Source: an uncultured Actinomycetota bacterium
Lineage (GTDB): Bacteria; Actinomycetota; Actinomycetes; BP-191
Direction of reading: 5' to 3'
Assembly (NCBI GenBank): GCA_963765815.1
Contig: CAVXXT010000008.1
Coordinates: forward strand, 90,811-154,810
DNA length: 64,000 bases
Below, piece by piece: positions 19,823 to 29,060 of the stretch (position 1 is the first letter of the stretch; each line of letters starts with the position of its first letter). The notes beneath the pieces were generated by a model, which did no database searches, was not told the DNA's origin, and worked only from the letters and a program-made list of their open reading frames with translations. The translations under genes and the position numbers were made by a program.

Positions 19823-20604
19823 GCCGCCCCCTCCGACGCGGCTGCCCGCCGGGCCACCCGCGCGGCGAAGACGCCGGCACCGAAGCCGTTGTCGATGTTG
19901 CACACCGCGACACCCGGTGCGCACGAGTTGAGCATCGCCAGCAGAGCGGCGAGGCCGCCGTACGACGCGCCGTACCCGACGCTCGTCGGCACCGCGACGA
20001 CCGGCACGCCGACCAGTCCGCCGACGGCTGACGGCAGCGCGCCCTCCATCCCCGCGACGACGACGAGGCAGTCGGCGCGGTCGAGCTGGTGCTGCACGGC
20101 GAGCAGCCGGTGGATGCCGGCGACGCCGACGTCGGTGATGCGCTCGACCCCGGCCCCGAAGGCCCGCGCGACGAACGCCGCCTCCGCCGCGACCGCGCCG
20201 TCCGAGGTGCCGGCGCTCACGACGGCCACCGTCCCCCGCTCCTGCGGGAGCGCCCCGACAGCCGCGCACCGGGCGCTGTCGTCGACCACTGCGTCCGGCC
20301 ACTCGCGACGCACGAGGGCGAGCAACGACGACGATGCGCGAGTCACGAGCGCCGGTCGCCCCGAGCCGCCGTCGCGCAGGGACGCGAGGATCGCGATCGC
20401 CTCGTCGTCGGACTTGCCCTCGCCGTAGACGACCTCGGGATCGCCGGTGCGCAGCGCGCGGTGGTGGTCGACGCGCGCGAACCCCAGGTCGGTGAAACCG
20501 GTGCCGACGAGGGGCAGCGCTGCCAGGGCGCTCACGGCGTCGTCGACCGCCGTGCCACCGGCCGCGACCGCTTCGAGCAGCCGGCGTACCTCGTCGCGGT
20601 CCAC
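19819..20604 (-). CDS. larB: Nickel-pincer cofactor biosynthesis protein LarB (PurE-like carboxylase/hydrolase)
   Basis: 261 aa, PurE-like C-terminal half (VVSAGTSDG...VVVAGMEGALP...VPTSVGYG). GTGA overlap with larC. Confidence 0.75.
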   Translation of the reverse strand: MDRDEVRRLLEAVAAGGTAVDDAVSALAALPLVGTGFTDLGFARVDHHRALRTGDPEVVYGEGKSDDEAIAILASLRDGGSGRPALVTRASSSLLALVRREWPDAVVDDSARCAAVGALPQERGTVAVVSAGTSDGAVAAEAAFVARAFGAGVERITDVGVAGIHRLLAVQHQLDRADCLVVVAGMEGALPSAVGGLVGVPVVAVPTSVGYGASYGGLAALLAMLNSCAPGVAVCNIDNGFGAGVFAARVARRAAASEGAA

Positions 20605-20722
20605 GTCTCTCCTGCCCCTGACGACAGCCGTCCGCCGCCGATCGCCTCGTTATACTCGCCGCACGCTGTGCCCCTGCGCACACCGGCTCCCGCCACCGCA
20701 CCTCTGCCCCGAGGACCACTTC

Positions 20723-21217
20723 GTGCTGTTCGACCGTGACACCGCCGACCTGGTCGCCGCGGTCGGCGCCGGCACCGGCGTCCTGGGCCTGGTCCTCGGC
20801 GCCACCGCGCAGCTGCGCCTGTGGCGGATGCGCCGGGCCTACTCGGTCCTGCAGGGGCGTGGCGAGGACGGCGACTTCGTGACCGCCGTCAACCGCCATG
20901 TGGTCGAGGTGGGGGCGCTGCGCGACGAGGTCGGCCGCATCCGTGGCGACGTCACCGATCTGCGCACCGACCTGGCCGATGCGCTCCGGCACGTCGCCGT
21001 GGTGCGCTACGACGCTTTCCCGGACATGGGCGGGCGGCTGTCCTTCTCGTGCGCGCTGCTCGACGACGCCGGCGACGGCCTCGTCCTCACGTCGATCAAC
21101 GGTCGCAGCGAGACCCGCACCTACGCCAAGGGCGTGAAGGCCGGCAAGAGCGAGCACTCGCTGTCGCCCGAGGAGAACCAGGCGCTGCAGTTCGCCGGGC
21201 GCAACGGACGGCGATGA
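20723..21217 (+). CDS. DUF4446-like protein
   Basis: GTG 20723 (VLFDRDTADLVAAVGAG...). 164 aa. ATGA overlap with the next gene. Confidence 0.5.
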   Translation: MLFDRDTADLVAAVGAGTGVLGLVLGATAQLRLWRMRRAYSVLQGRGEDGDFVTAVNRHVVEVGALRDEVGRIRGDVTDLRTDLADALRHVAVVRYDAFPDMGGRLSFSCALLDDAGDGLVLTSINGRSETRTYAKGVKAGKSEHSLSPEENQALQFAGRNGRR

Positions 21218-21675
21218 CCGTCGTACGACGCACTGCGGCATTGCTGGCCTGCGTCGCGCTGCTCGTCGGCTGCGACTCGGGGTCCGACCCCGGCGACGCG
21301 TCGACGACGAGCGCGTCGCCGACCGTCTCGACCTCGTCCCTGCCGTCGGTCGCCGGACCGCAGTCGGAGACGGCGTTCGAGGTCGTCAGCCGGCTGGGCG
21401 TCCGCCCGGGCAGCCCGGACGACCTGCTGATCCGGGACCTGATCACCGTCGCCACGGCGGAGCGCGCCTACCTCGCGGTCAACGGCAAGGTCGGCGCCCT
21501 CGAGGACGTGCAGCGCGCGAGCGGCTTCCGGCTGCGCGGCGGCAAGGTCGCGCTGATGAGCGGTCTCGGGTCGACCCGGGAGTTCTGCCTGCGCGCCTAC
21601 CAGAACGACGAGTCGCCCCGGCAGTGGTTCTACGACACCGATCACGTCCTGGACCGCACCGAGTTCTGCACCTGA
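21214..21675 (+). CDS. Lipoprotein
   Basis: Signal peptide with lipobox LLVGC. 153 aa. Confidence 0.6.
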   Translation: MTVVRRTAALLACVALLVGCDSGSDPGDASTTSASPTVSTSSLPSVAGPQSETAFEVVSRLGVRPGSPDDLLIRDLITVATAERAYLAVNGKVGALEDVQRASGFRLRGGKVALMSGLGSTREFCLRAYQNDESPRQWFYDTDHVLDRTEFCT

Positions 21676-21708
21676 GAACCGGCTCGACCCGCCCGATATC
21701 CTCACTCG

Positions 21709-22977
21709 GTGATCGATCCCCGGCTGCTCCGTGACGAGCCCGACCGCGTCCGCGCCTCGCAGCGCACCCGCGGTGACGACCCGGCGCTCGTCGACGTCGC
21801 CCTCGACGCGGAGGCTCGTCGCCGCGGCGCGGTGACGCGCGCCGACGCGCTGCGCACCGAGCAGAAGGCGCTCGGCAAGGGCGTCGCACAGGCTCAGGGC
21901 GACGCGCGCACCGAGCTGCTCGCGACGCTCGGCCGGCTCGCCGCCGACGTGAAGGCGGCCGAGGCCGAGGAGACCGACGCGGAGACCGCCTTCACCGAGG
22001 CGATGCGGCGCATCGACAACGTCGTCGAGGACGGCACGCCGGCCGGTGGCGAGGACGACTTCGTCACCCTGCGAGAGATCGGCACCAAGCCGACGTACGA
22101 CGGCTGGACACCGCGTGACCACCTCGACCTCGGCGCGATGCACGCCGCGATCGACACCGAGCGCGCGGCCAAGGTCTCCGGCGCGCGCTTCTACTACCTC
22201 ACCGGCATCGGCGCGCTGCTCGAGCTGGCGCTGGTCAACCTCGCGATGGCGCAGGCGACCGACGCCGGGTTCATCCCGGTCATCGCGCCCGCGCTGGTGA
22301 AGCCGGAGGCGATGGAGGGCACCGGGTTCCTCGGCGCGCACTCCGGCGAGATCTACCACCTCGAGGCCGACGACCTCTACCTCGTCGGCACCAGCGAGGT
22401 GCCGCTGGCCGCGATGCACATGAACGAGGTGCTGGACCTTGCTGCCACCCCACGGCGCTATGCCGGGTTCTCCAGCTGCTTCCGGCGCGAGGCCGGCTCG
22501 TACGGCAAGGACACCCGCGGCATCATCCGCGTGCACTGGTTCGACAAGGTCGAGATGTTCTCGTTCTGTCCCCCGGACCAGTCTCACGATGAGCACCTGC
22601 GCCTGCTGGCGTGGGAGGAGGAGATGCTCGGCAAGCTCGAGCTGCCCTACCGCGTCGTCGACATCGCGGGCGGCGACCTGGGCTCCTCGGCCGCGCGCAA
22701 GTACGACTGCGAGGCGTGGCTGCCGAGCCAGCAGCGCTACCTCGAGCTGACGTCGACGTCCAACTGCACCGACTACCAAGCCCGGCGACTCGGCATCCGC
22801 AGCCGCGACGCCGACGGCAAGCCGCAGCTCGTGCACACCCTCAACGGCACGCTGGTCGCGGTCGCCCGCACCATCGTCGCGCTGCTCGAGAACCACCAGC
22901 GCCAGGACGGCTCGGTGCACGTGCCCGCAGCACTTCGGCCGTTCCTCGGCGGTCGCGAGGTGCTGCTCCCCGCATGA
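21709..22977 (+). CDS. serS: Seryl-tRNA synthetase
   Basis: 422 aa, class II aaRS motifs, N-terminal coiled-coil arm. GTG 21709. Confidence 0.92.
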   Translation: MIDPRLLRDEPDRVRASQRTRGDDPALVDVALDAEARRRGAVTRADALRTEQKALGKGVAQAQGDARTELLATLGRLAADVKAAEAEETDAETAFTEAMRRIDNVVEDGTPAGGEDDFVTLREIGTKPTYDGWTPRDHLDLGAMHAAIDTERAAKVSGARFYYLTGIGALLELALVNLAMAQATDAGFIPVIAPALVKPEAMEGTGFLGAHSGEIYHLEADDLYLVGTSEVPLAAMHMNEVLDLAATPRRYAGFSSCFRREAGSYGKDTRGIIRVHWFDKVEMFSFCPPDQSHDEHLRLLAWEEEMLGKLELPYRVVDIAGGDLGSSAARKYDCEAWLPSQQRYLELTSTSNCTDYQARRLGIRSRDADGKPQLVHTLNGTLVAVARTIVALLENHQRQDGSVHVPAALRPFLGGREVLLPA

Positions 22978-23768
22978 CCCGGCGCCTCTTCGCCAGCGAC
23001 CTCGACGGCACGCTGGTGCGCTCCGACGGCACGATCTCGGCGCGCAGCCGGGCAGCGATCGCCGCAGTCGAGGATGCGGGATCGGTGTTCGTGATGGTGA
23101 CCGGCCGTCCACCGCGCTGGATGTCCGGTGTCGCGCGGGACGCCGGCCATCACGGGCTGGCGATCTGCGCCAACGGCGCCGTCGTCTACGACCTGCACAC
23201 CGAGCAGGTCGTCACGTCGCACCTGCTGGAGGCTGACACGGCGCTCGACGTCGTCGCCGCGCTGCGCCGAGACGTGCCCGGCATCGCGTTCGCGCGAGAG
23301 AGCGGCACGGCGCGGTTCGGTCACGAGCCGGCGTACCGGCCGCGGTGGGACCAGGACGACAAGGACGTGCTCGACGTCGACGAGCTCGTCGTCGGAGGGG
23401 TCGTCAAGCTGCTCGCGCGGCATGAGGAGATGTCCGGCGACGAGCTGCTCGCGGCCGCGCGCGCGTCGCTGGGCGACCAGGTGGAGACCACGCACTCCTC
23501 CGCCGACGGGCTGTTGGAGATCAGCGCGCGAGGCATCTCGAAGGCGACGGGTCTGGCCGCACTCGCCGAGCGGCACGGCCTGGATGCCGCCGACTGCGTC
23601 GCGTTCGGCGACATGCCCAACGACCTGCCGATGCTCGTCTGGGCCGGCCGCGGCTACGCCGTCGCCAACGCGCACCCTGAGGTCCTCGACGCGGCCGACG
23701 AGGTCACGTCGAGCAACGACGACGACGGTGTCGCCCAGGTCCTCGAGCGCCTGCTCGCCCACCCCTAA
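22974..23768 (+). CDS. Cof-type HAD-IIB hydrolase
   Basis: DLDGTL motif 1 and C-terminal GDMPND. ATGA overlap with serS. Stop TAA 23766-23768 abuts the IS30 left end. Confidence 0.8.
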   Translation: MTRRLFASDLDGTLVRSDGTISARSRAAIAAVEDAGSVFVMVTGRPPRWMSGVARDAGHHGLAICANGAVVYDLHTEQVVTSHLLEADTALDVVAALRRDVPGIAFARESGTARFGHEPAYRPRWDQDDKDVLDVDELVVGGVVKLLARHEEMSGDELLAAARASLGDQVETTHSSADGLLEISARGISKATGLAALAERHGLDAADCVAFGDMPNDLPMLVWAGRGYAVANAHPEVLDAADEVTSSNDDDGVAQVLERLLAHP

Positions 23769-24955
23769 GTCATGATCTTGTGCTCAATCCACAGGAAGGG
23801 CGGGCTCAACCGGTTGTTGCAACGGGCCTCTGATGGAGAGGCTTGGTCATGGCTGGTTCTCGGATGTCGGAGCAGGATCGGGTTCGGATCGAGACGTTGT
23901 GGGCGGAGGGTCGGTCGATCCCGCACATCGCCGGGGTGATCGGCCGTCATCGGAGCACCGTCTGGCGAGAGCTGGCGGGACGGAACTCCTACCGTCACGG
24001 GCCGAAGAACCCGCAGGGTCGGCAGCGTGGTGGTGTCTACCGGTGGGGTTACGACGCGACGTGGGCCCAGGACGCGGCGTGGCGGGTGGCTCGTCGACGC
24101 CGCGCTGCGAAGCTCTCGGTCGGCACTGAGCTGCGGGAGCTCGTCGTCGGGATGCTGCGGCAGCGCTGGTCTCCGCAGCAGATCGCGGCCAGTCTTCGTC
24201 GGGACTATCCCGACCAGCCGGAGATGTGGGTGTCGCACGAGACGATCTACCGGGCGATCTACGTGCAGTCACGCGGTGGGCTGCGCGAGGAGCTGACCCG
24301 CCAGGTCGCGCTGCGCTCGGGCCGGGCGAGCCGACGCAAGCAGACCGTGCCCGGGGGCGCAGTGCGCTCGGCGAGAGCGTGGATCACACCAGACCTGCAC
24401 ATCAGCCAGCGGCCGGCCGAAGCGGCCGACCGGGCCGTGCCTGGTCATTGGGAGGGGGATCTGCTGATTGGTGCCGGTGGCCGCTCGGCGATCATCACCC
24501 TGGTCGAGCGCAGCACCCGCTACGTGATGCTCGGCAAGCTCCCCGGCGACCGAGCCAGCGAAGCGGTCATCGGCGTGCTGTCCGACCTGATCGGCCGGCT
24601 TCCGGAGCACCTGCGCCGATCGCTGGCCTGGGACTGCGGCACGGAGCTCGCTCAGCATGCGAAGTTCACGGTCGAATCAGGCTGCCCGGTCTACTTCTGC
24701 GACCCGCACAGCCCCTGGCAGCGCGGCAGCAACGAGAACACCAACGGCCTGCTCCGCCAGTACTTCCCCAAAGGCGAGGCCGACTTCCGCACCATCAGCC
24801 AGGACGAACTCGACGACGTCGCCGCCGGTCTCAACGGTCGACCCCGCATGACCCTTGACTGGAACAATCCAGCCGAGGCACTCAACGCGCTGCTCGTTGC
24901 ATCAGCCGCTTGAGACCGCCGCGTCGTTCCTGTGGATTGAGCACAAGATCATGAC
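23769..24955 (+). mobile_element. IS30-family insertion sequence, apparently intact
   Basis: 27-bp terminal inverted repeats GTCATGATCTTGTGCTCAATCCACAGG at 23769-23795 and its reverse complement at 24929-24955. They flank a single transposase ORF. Confidence 0.85.
23843..24913 (+). CDS. IS30-family transposase (DDE)
   Basis: 356 aa. N-terminal HTH, C-terminal DDE core (HWEGDLLIG...LAWDCGTEL...NENTNGLLRQYFPKG). Confidence 0.85.
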   Translation: MVMAGSRMSEQDRVRIETLWAEGRSIPHIAGVIGRHRSTVWRELAGRNSYRHGPKNPQGRQRGGVYRWGYDATWAQDAAWRVARRRRAAKLSVGTELRELVVGMLRQRWSPQQIAASLRRDYPDQPEMWVSHETIYRAIYVQSRGGLREELTRQVALRSGRASRRKQTVPGGAVRSARAWITPDLHISQRPAEAADRAVPGHWEGDLLIGAGGRSAIITLVERSTRYVMLGKLPGDRASEAVIGVLSDLIGRLPEHLRRSLAWDCGTELAQHAKFTVESGCPVYFCDPHSPWQRGSNENTNGLLRQYFPKGEADFRTISQDELDDVAAGLNGRPRMTLDWNNPAEALNALLVASAA

Positions 24956-24963
24956 CTGGGTCG

Positions 24964-25482
24964 TCAGAGGTAGGGGCCGCCGGTCTGGGGGGGCGGGCCG
25001 GGCTCGCCGCCGGGGAGCGCGCGACGGCGCTGCGACTCCTCGAGCTGGCTGCGCATCGCCATCTGCTGCGCGAAGATCGCGGTCTGGATGCCGTGGAAGA
25101 CGCCTTCGAGCCAGCCCACCAGCTGCGCCTGCGCGATCCGCAGCTCGGCGTCGGTCGGCGTCGTGTTCTCGTCGAAGGGCAACGAGAGCCGGCTGAGCTC
25201 CTCGCGCAGCTCGGGCGCGAGCCCCTCGGCCAGCTCGCGCACCGACGTCTGGTGGATGTCGCGCAGCCGGCTGCGCGAGGCCTCGTCCAGCGGCGCCGAC
25301 TTCACCTCTTCGAGCAGCTGCTTGATCATCGTGCCGATCCGCATGACCTTGGCGGGCTGCTCGACCAGGTCGGTGAGTCCGGCGACGCCGCCACCGGTCC
25401 CCTCGATGGACGGCTCCTGCTCCGGGTGGGGTCCGACGGAGGCGTCGACGACCTCGACGGTGGGCTCGGGCTGCTCGGTCAT
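24964..25482 (-). CDS. bpa: Bacterial proteasome activator Bpa/PafE
   Basis: Strong similarity to M. tuberculosis Bpa core (SLTDLVEQPAKVMRIGTMIKQLLEEV...AELRIAQAQLVGWLEGLFHGIQTA). C-terminus GPYL. ATG 25482 overlaps the qor stop (ATGA). Confidence 0.8.
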   Translation of the reverse strand: MTEQPEPTVEVVDASVGPHPEQEPSIEGTGGGVAGLTDLVEQPAKVMRIGTMIKQLLEEVKSAPLDEASRSRLRDIHQTSVRELAEGLAPELREELSRLSLPFDENTTPTDAELRIAQAQLVGWLEGVFHGIQTAIFAQQMAMRSQLEESQRRRALPGGEPGPPPQTGGPYL

Positions 25483-26477
25483 GGCGACCATCCTGCCGCA
25501 TCGGTGACGAGCAGCACCTTGCCCACGTGCTCGCTCGCCCCGACCGCCCGGTGCGCCTCGGCGGCGTCGGCGAGCGGCAGCGCCCGGTCGATCACCGGGC
25601 GCACCGCACCGGATGACACCATCGGCCACACGTGCGCCTCGACGTCGGCGACGATCGCGCTCTTGTCGTCCGAAGGTCGCGAGCGCAGCGCCGTGGCCGC
25701 GACGCTCGCGCGCTTGACCAGCAGCCGCCCGAGGTCGAGCTCGCCCTTCGTCCCGCCCTGCAGTCCGATGACGACCAGCCGCCCGCCGACGGCGAGCACG
25801 TCCACGTTCTGCGCGAGGTAGCGCCCGCCGATGATGTCGAGCACGACGTCGGCACCGCGACCGTCGGTGACCGAGCGCACCCGCGCGACGAAGTCCTCGG
25901 CGGTGTAGTCGAACCCGTCCGACGCGCCGAGCTCGAGGCAGCGCCTGACCTTCGCCGCGCTCCCGGCGGTGACGACGACCCGCGCGCCGAGCGCCACCGC
26001 GACCTGGATCGCGGTCGTGCCGATGCCGCTCGCACCGCCGTGCACCAGGAGCGTCTCGCCCGCGGTCAGCCGGCCGACCGTCACGAGGTTGCTCCAGACC
26101 GTGCACGCCGCCTCCGGCAGTGCCGCCGACTCGACCAGGCTCACGCCGGCCGGCACCGGCAGACAGTGGCCCTCGTCGGCGACTGCCAGCTCGGCGTACC
26201 CGCCGCCCGGGAGCAGCGCGCAGACCTCGTCGCCGACCCGCCACCGAGCCACTCCGGGACCGAGCGCCGCGACGCGTCCGCTGCACTCGAGGCCGAGGAT
26301 GTCCGACGCCCCCGGAGGCGGTGGGTAGAAGCCCTGGCGCTGCAGCAGGTCGGCCCGGTTGACCGTGGTCGCCGCGACCTCGATCAGCACCTGGCCCTCG
26401 GTGGGCACCGGATCCGGGGCGTCGCCGTACCGCAGCGCCTCCGGTCCGCCGGGGGTGTCGACGGTGATCGCGCGCAT
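25479..26477 (-). CDS. NAD(P)H:quinone oxidoreductase / zinc-type ADH superfamily (MDR)
   Basis: 332 aa from ATG 26477 (MRAITVDTPGGPEAL). GxGxxG Rossmann (GGASGIGTTAIQ). Confidence 0.8.
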   Translation of the reverse strand: MRAITVDTPGGPEALRYGDAPDPVPTEGQVLIEVAATTVNRADLLQRQGFYPPPPGASDILGLECSGRVAALGPGVARWRVGDEVCALLPGGGYAELAVADEGHCLPVPAGVSLVESAALPEAACTVWSNLVTVGRLTAGETLLVHGGASGIGTTAIQVAVALGARVVVTAGSAAKVRRCLELGASDGFDYTAEDFVARVRSVTDGRGADVVLDIIGGRYLAQNVDVLAVGGRLVVIGLQGGTKGELDLGRLLVKRASVAATALRSRPSDDKSAIVADVEAHVWPMVSSGAVRPVIDRALPLADAAEAHRAVGASEHVGKVLLVTDAAGWSP

Positions 26478-26496
26478 GGTCGTGACTGTAGGGGGC

Positions 26497-26952
26497 ATGC
26501 CATGGGGCATGACTGACGAGAAGCGCTGCATCGTGGCCTGCACCGACGACACCGGGCGGTACGCCGCCACCGTGACCGCGGCCGCGGGCCGGGCCAAGGA
26601 CTCCGGCGCCTGCGTGATCCTCTACGACGTCGCTGCGCCGTCCGCGCTGACCAGCCCCCGGCCCAACATCTGGGCGGGCGAGGGCGAGCGGGAGGTCTAC
26701 GACCACCCGCTCAGCCCGGTCGACCTGGAGAAGCTCGGCCGGCATGACTTCGCCCTGCAGGTGCAGGGCCTGCGCGACGACGGCGTCGACGCCTACGGCT
26801 GGCTGCCGGACCACGCCGGTGGTGCGGCGCTGGCCGAGTACGCCGCCCAGCAGAACGCGCAGCTCGTGCTGGTGCCCGCGCGGATCGACGAGCCCGACTA
26901 CCTCACCGCGGGCGACTCGTCGACGTCGTCGCTGCAGGTCGAGGTCGTCTAG
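26497..26952 (+). CDS. Hypothetical protein
   Basis: About 150 aa. Consistent GC3 bias. No recognisable domain. Confidence 0.4.
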   Translation: MPWGMTDEKRCIVACTDDTGRYAATVTAAAGRAKDSGACVILYDVAAPSALTSPRPNIWAGEGEREVYDHPLSPVDLEKLGRHDFALQVQGLRDDGVDAYGWLPDHAGGAALAEYAAQQNAQLVLVPARIDEPDYLTAGDSSTSSLQVEVV

Positions 26953-26970
26953 TACCCGTAGGGTTGGTCC

Positions 26971-27699
26971 ATGCGTCGCGCTGTCCTCTCTCTGCTCGCC
27001 GCATGCCTGCTCGCTGCGCTGCCGGCCTCCGCCGCTGACGCTCAGCCCGCGTCGGCTCGCGTGCAGGTCATCGACTTCCAGTACACGCCGTCCGCGACCA
27101 CGGTCGCGGTCGGCGGCACGGTCGAGTGGGTGTGGGAGGGCTCGAGCCAGCACTCGGTGACGGCCCGCGACGGCTCCTTCGACGAGTTGAGGGAGCGCAA
27201 CGGGCGGTTCGCCTTCGTGTTCCGCACCGCGGGCCGCTACGAGTACTTCTGCCGGATCCACCCCGACGTGATGGTGGCGGCCGTGACGGTCCAGGGCGGT
27301 ACGACGGCGCCCGCGTCGCCGACACCGGCGCCGACCACGGCGAAGCCGTCTCCGTCGCCGACGACCGCGCGTCCGAGTCCGTCCGCGTCGACGGCCTCGG
27401 CCACGCCCTCCCCGCTGCCGTCGCCGACGACGGCGGCGCCGAGCCCCAGCCCGAGCCTCTTGCCGTCGCCGTCCCGCACCCCGTCGACGTCGCCTTCGGC
27501 GAGCCCGACACGTTCGGTCGTCCCGTCGGCGGTGTCGTCGACATCGGCGCCCCTGGCGACGCTCGACGAGCCGCGGCCGAAGGACCGGACCGGTCTGGCC
27601 ATCGCGCTGGCCCTCGGCGTGGCGGCCGCCGGCTTCGGCCTCGGTGCGCTCCTGCTGCTGCAGGGACGTCCGCGCCGACTGCCCGCCGCGCCGGAGTGA
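26971..27699 (+). CDS. Blue-copper (cupredoxin/plastocyanin-like) protein with Pro/Ser/Thr-rich linker and C-terminal membrane anchor
   Basis: Signal peptide. Type-1 Cu ligands in YEYFCRIHPDVM. Long PSPT low-complexity linker. C-terminal TM helix. Confidence 0.75.
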   Translation: MRRAVLSLLAACLLAALPASAADAQPASARVQVIDFQYTPSATTVAVGGTVEWVWEGSSQHSVTARDGSFDELRERNGRFAFVFRTAGRYEYFCRIHPDVMVAAVTVQGGTTAPASPTPAPTTAKPSPSPTTARPSPSASTASATPSPLPSPTTAAPSPSPSLLPSPSRTPSTSPSASPTRSVVPSAVSSTSAPLATLDEPRPKDRTGLAIALALGVAAAGFGLGALLLLQGRPRRLPAAPE

Positions 27700-27705
27700 T
27701 CGCCG

Positions 27706-28608
27706 TCAGCTGACGGCCGGCGCGGCGGGGTCCGCCGTCCGAGAACGGCGACGGCGTACGACGACCGCGCCCACCGCGCCCAACGCGAGCACCGCCGCGA
27801 AGGGGAGCAGTGCGCCGGCGACGGTCGCCACGACGACCGCGCTCGTCGTGAACGCCGACCACCCGCCGCGCAGCCCAGTGAGGAATCCGCGCTCGCCGTC
27901 ATCGGGCACGATCGGCGTTGCGTCGTCGGCGGTGAGCAGCAGGGTGAGGGTGGCGTCCTCGACCCGGCCCTCGAGACTGCGCAGGCGGGCCTCCATCGAC
28001 TCGACCTCGGCCTCCCGGTTGGCGACCTCGCGCTCGAGGCTGACCACCTCGGCCAGGCTGCCCGCGCGGCCGAGCAGGGCGCGCACCCGGTCTGCGCTGG
28101 CCTTGGCGGTGCGGAGCCTCGCCTCGAGGTCCACGAGCTGCTCGGTCACGTCCTCCGACGTCACGGTCTGGCCGAGCGGCCTGCCGAGGCGGCCGAGCGA
28201 CGTCAGCAGGCGGGTGAACTGCGCGGGCGGGACCTTGAAGGTCAGTGAGGCGGTCGCGTCCTCGTCGAGCGAGGACTGCTGGGCCGACAGCATGCCGCCG
28301 ACGCCGGCGACCTGGGTGATCGCGCTCGAGGAGGCGGCGGTGACGTCCTCGACCTCGACGCGCACTTCTCCGACGTACGCAATGGCCCGGTCGGTCGTGG
28401 GCGGCCGACCGCGGGTCGGCGCCTTCGATGTGCCGTTGGTGGTGCCGAGCTGCTCGGCGGGTGCGCCGGCGGAGTCGGCCGCGGGGGGAGCAGCGGTGTC
28501 GGCCTTGCCGCTGGCCGCTCTCGAGTCACCGGAGTCGTCACCGCCTCCGCACGAGCTCAGCAGAACGAGAATGAGTGCGGCGGCGGCGATGCGGGCGGAC
28601 CTGCGCAT
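27706..28608 (-). CDS. DUF4349-like lipoprotein with coiled-coil and C-terminal TM
   Basis: Lipobox LLSSC. Coiled-coil (EARLRTAKASADRVRALL...EVESMEARLRSLEGRVED). C-terminal hydrophobic anchor. Confidence 0.55.
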   Translation of the reverse strand: MRRSARIAAAALILVLLSSCGGGDDSGDSRAASGKADTAAPPAADSAGAPAEQLGTTNGTSKAPTRGRPPTTDRAIAYVGEVRVEVEDVTAASSSAITQVAGVGGMLSAQQSSLDEDATASLTFKVPPAQFTRLLTSLGRLGRPLGQTVTSEDVTEQLVDLEARLRTAKASADRVRALLGRAGSLAEVVSLEREVANREAEVESMEARLRSLEGRVEDATLTLLLTADDATPIVPDDGERGFLTGLRGGWSAFTTSAVVVATVAGALLPFAAVLALGAVGAVVVRRRRSRTADPAAPAVS

Positions 28609-28778
28609 GGGATTCCCCTGACGGTCACGGAGTGCTCGTGCCGATGTGACGAAGCCGGCGACCTCACGGTTGCCTGACGGCAGGACTTTCCGGTCACGGC
28701 TCGGCGTCGATCGCGCGTCGTACCGGTGTGTTCACGTCCGTCGCGCGTCGTCCGGCGATTTTGGGGTAACCCAACGAC

Positions 28779-29051
28779 ATGGCCCTGACCCTCAGCCCCC
28801 AGAACCCGCCGGCGCTCACCCCCGACAGCCCGCTGACTCGCGTGCTCGCGTTCGTCGGCTGCGGCCTGGCCGGGTTCGTCCTGATGGGCGTGCTGAGCCT
28901 GCACATCTGGCCGTCCGTGCTGCCCTACTCGCAGTTCCTCGTCACGCAGGGCGCTGGTCTGGCCGTCGCGGTCTTCATCGCGGTCGTCTGCGGCATCGCC
29001 GGTCTCATCGCCTGTGTCGCCCGCTGCGACTCCGACGCCGACTGGGATTAG
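28779..29051 (+). CDS. Small membrane protein
   Basis: 90 aa, two TM helices. Confidence 0.35.
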   Translation: MALTLSPQNPPALTPDSPLTRVLAFVGCGLAGFVLMGVLSLHIWPSVLPYSQFLVTQGAGLAVAVFIAVVCGIAGLIACVARCDSDADWD

Positions 29052-29060
29052 TCCGGTCGA

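Noticed and set aside
18638-21241. 867-aa minus ORF, overlapping ORFs 18539..20428 (+) and 21121..23112 (-), and similar giant ORFs (6612..9251, 31969..35076, 33254..37102, 59346..61775)
   Set aside because: Low-complexity R/A/G/P-rich translations lie antisense or out of frame to well-supported genes (larBC, serS, ATP-grasp genes, ABC permease). I treated them as GC-bias artefacts. Only the in-frame larC portion was kept.
23760-24960. Target-site duplication flanking the IS30 copy
   Set aside because: Flanks read ...CCCTAA | IS | CTGGGT.... No 2-3 bp direct repeat could be identified with confidence, so none is claimed.
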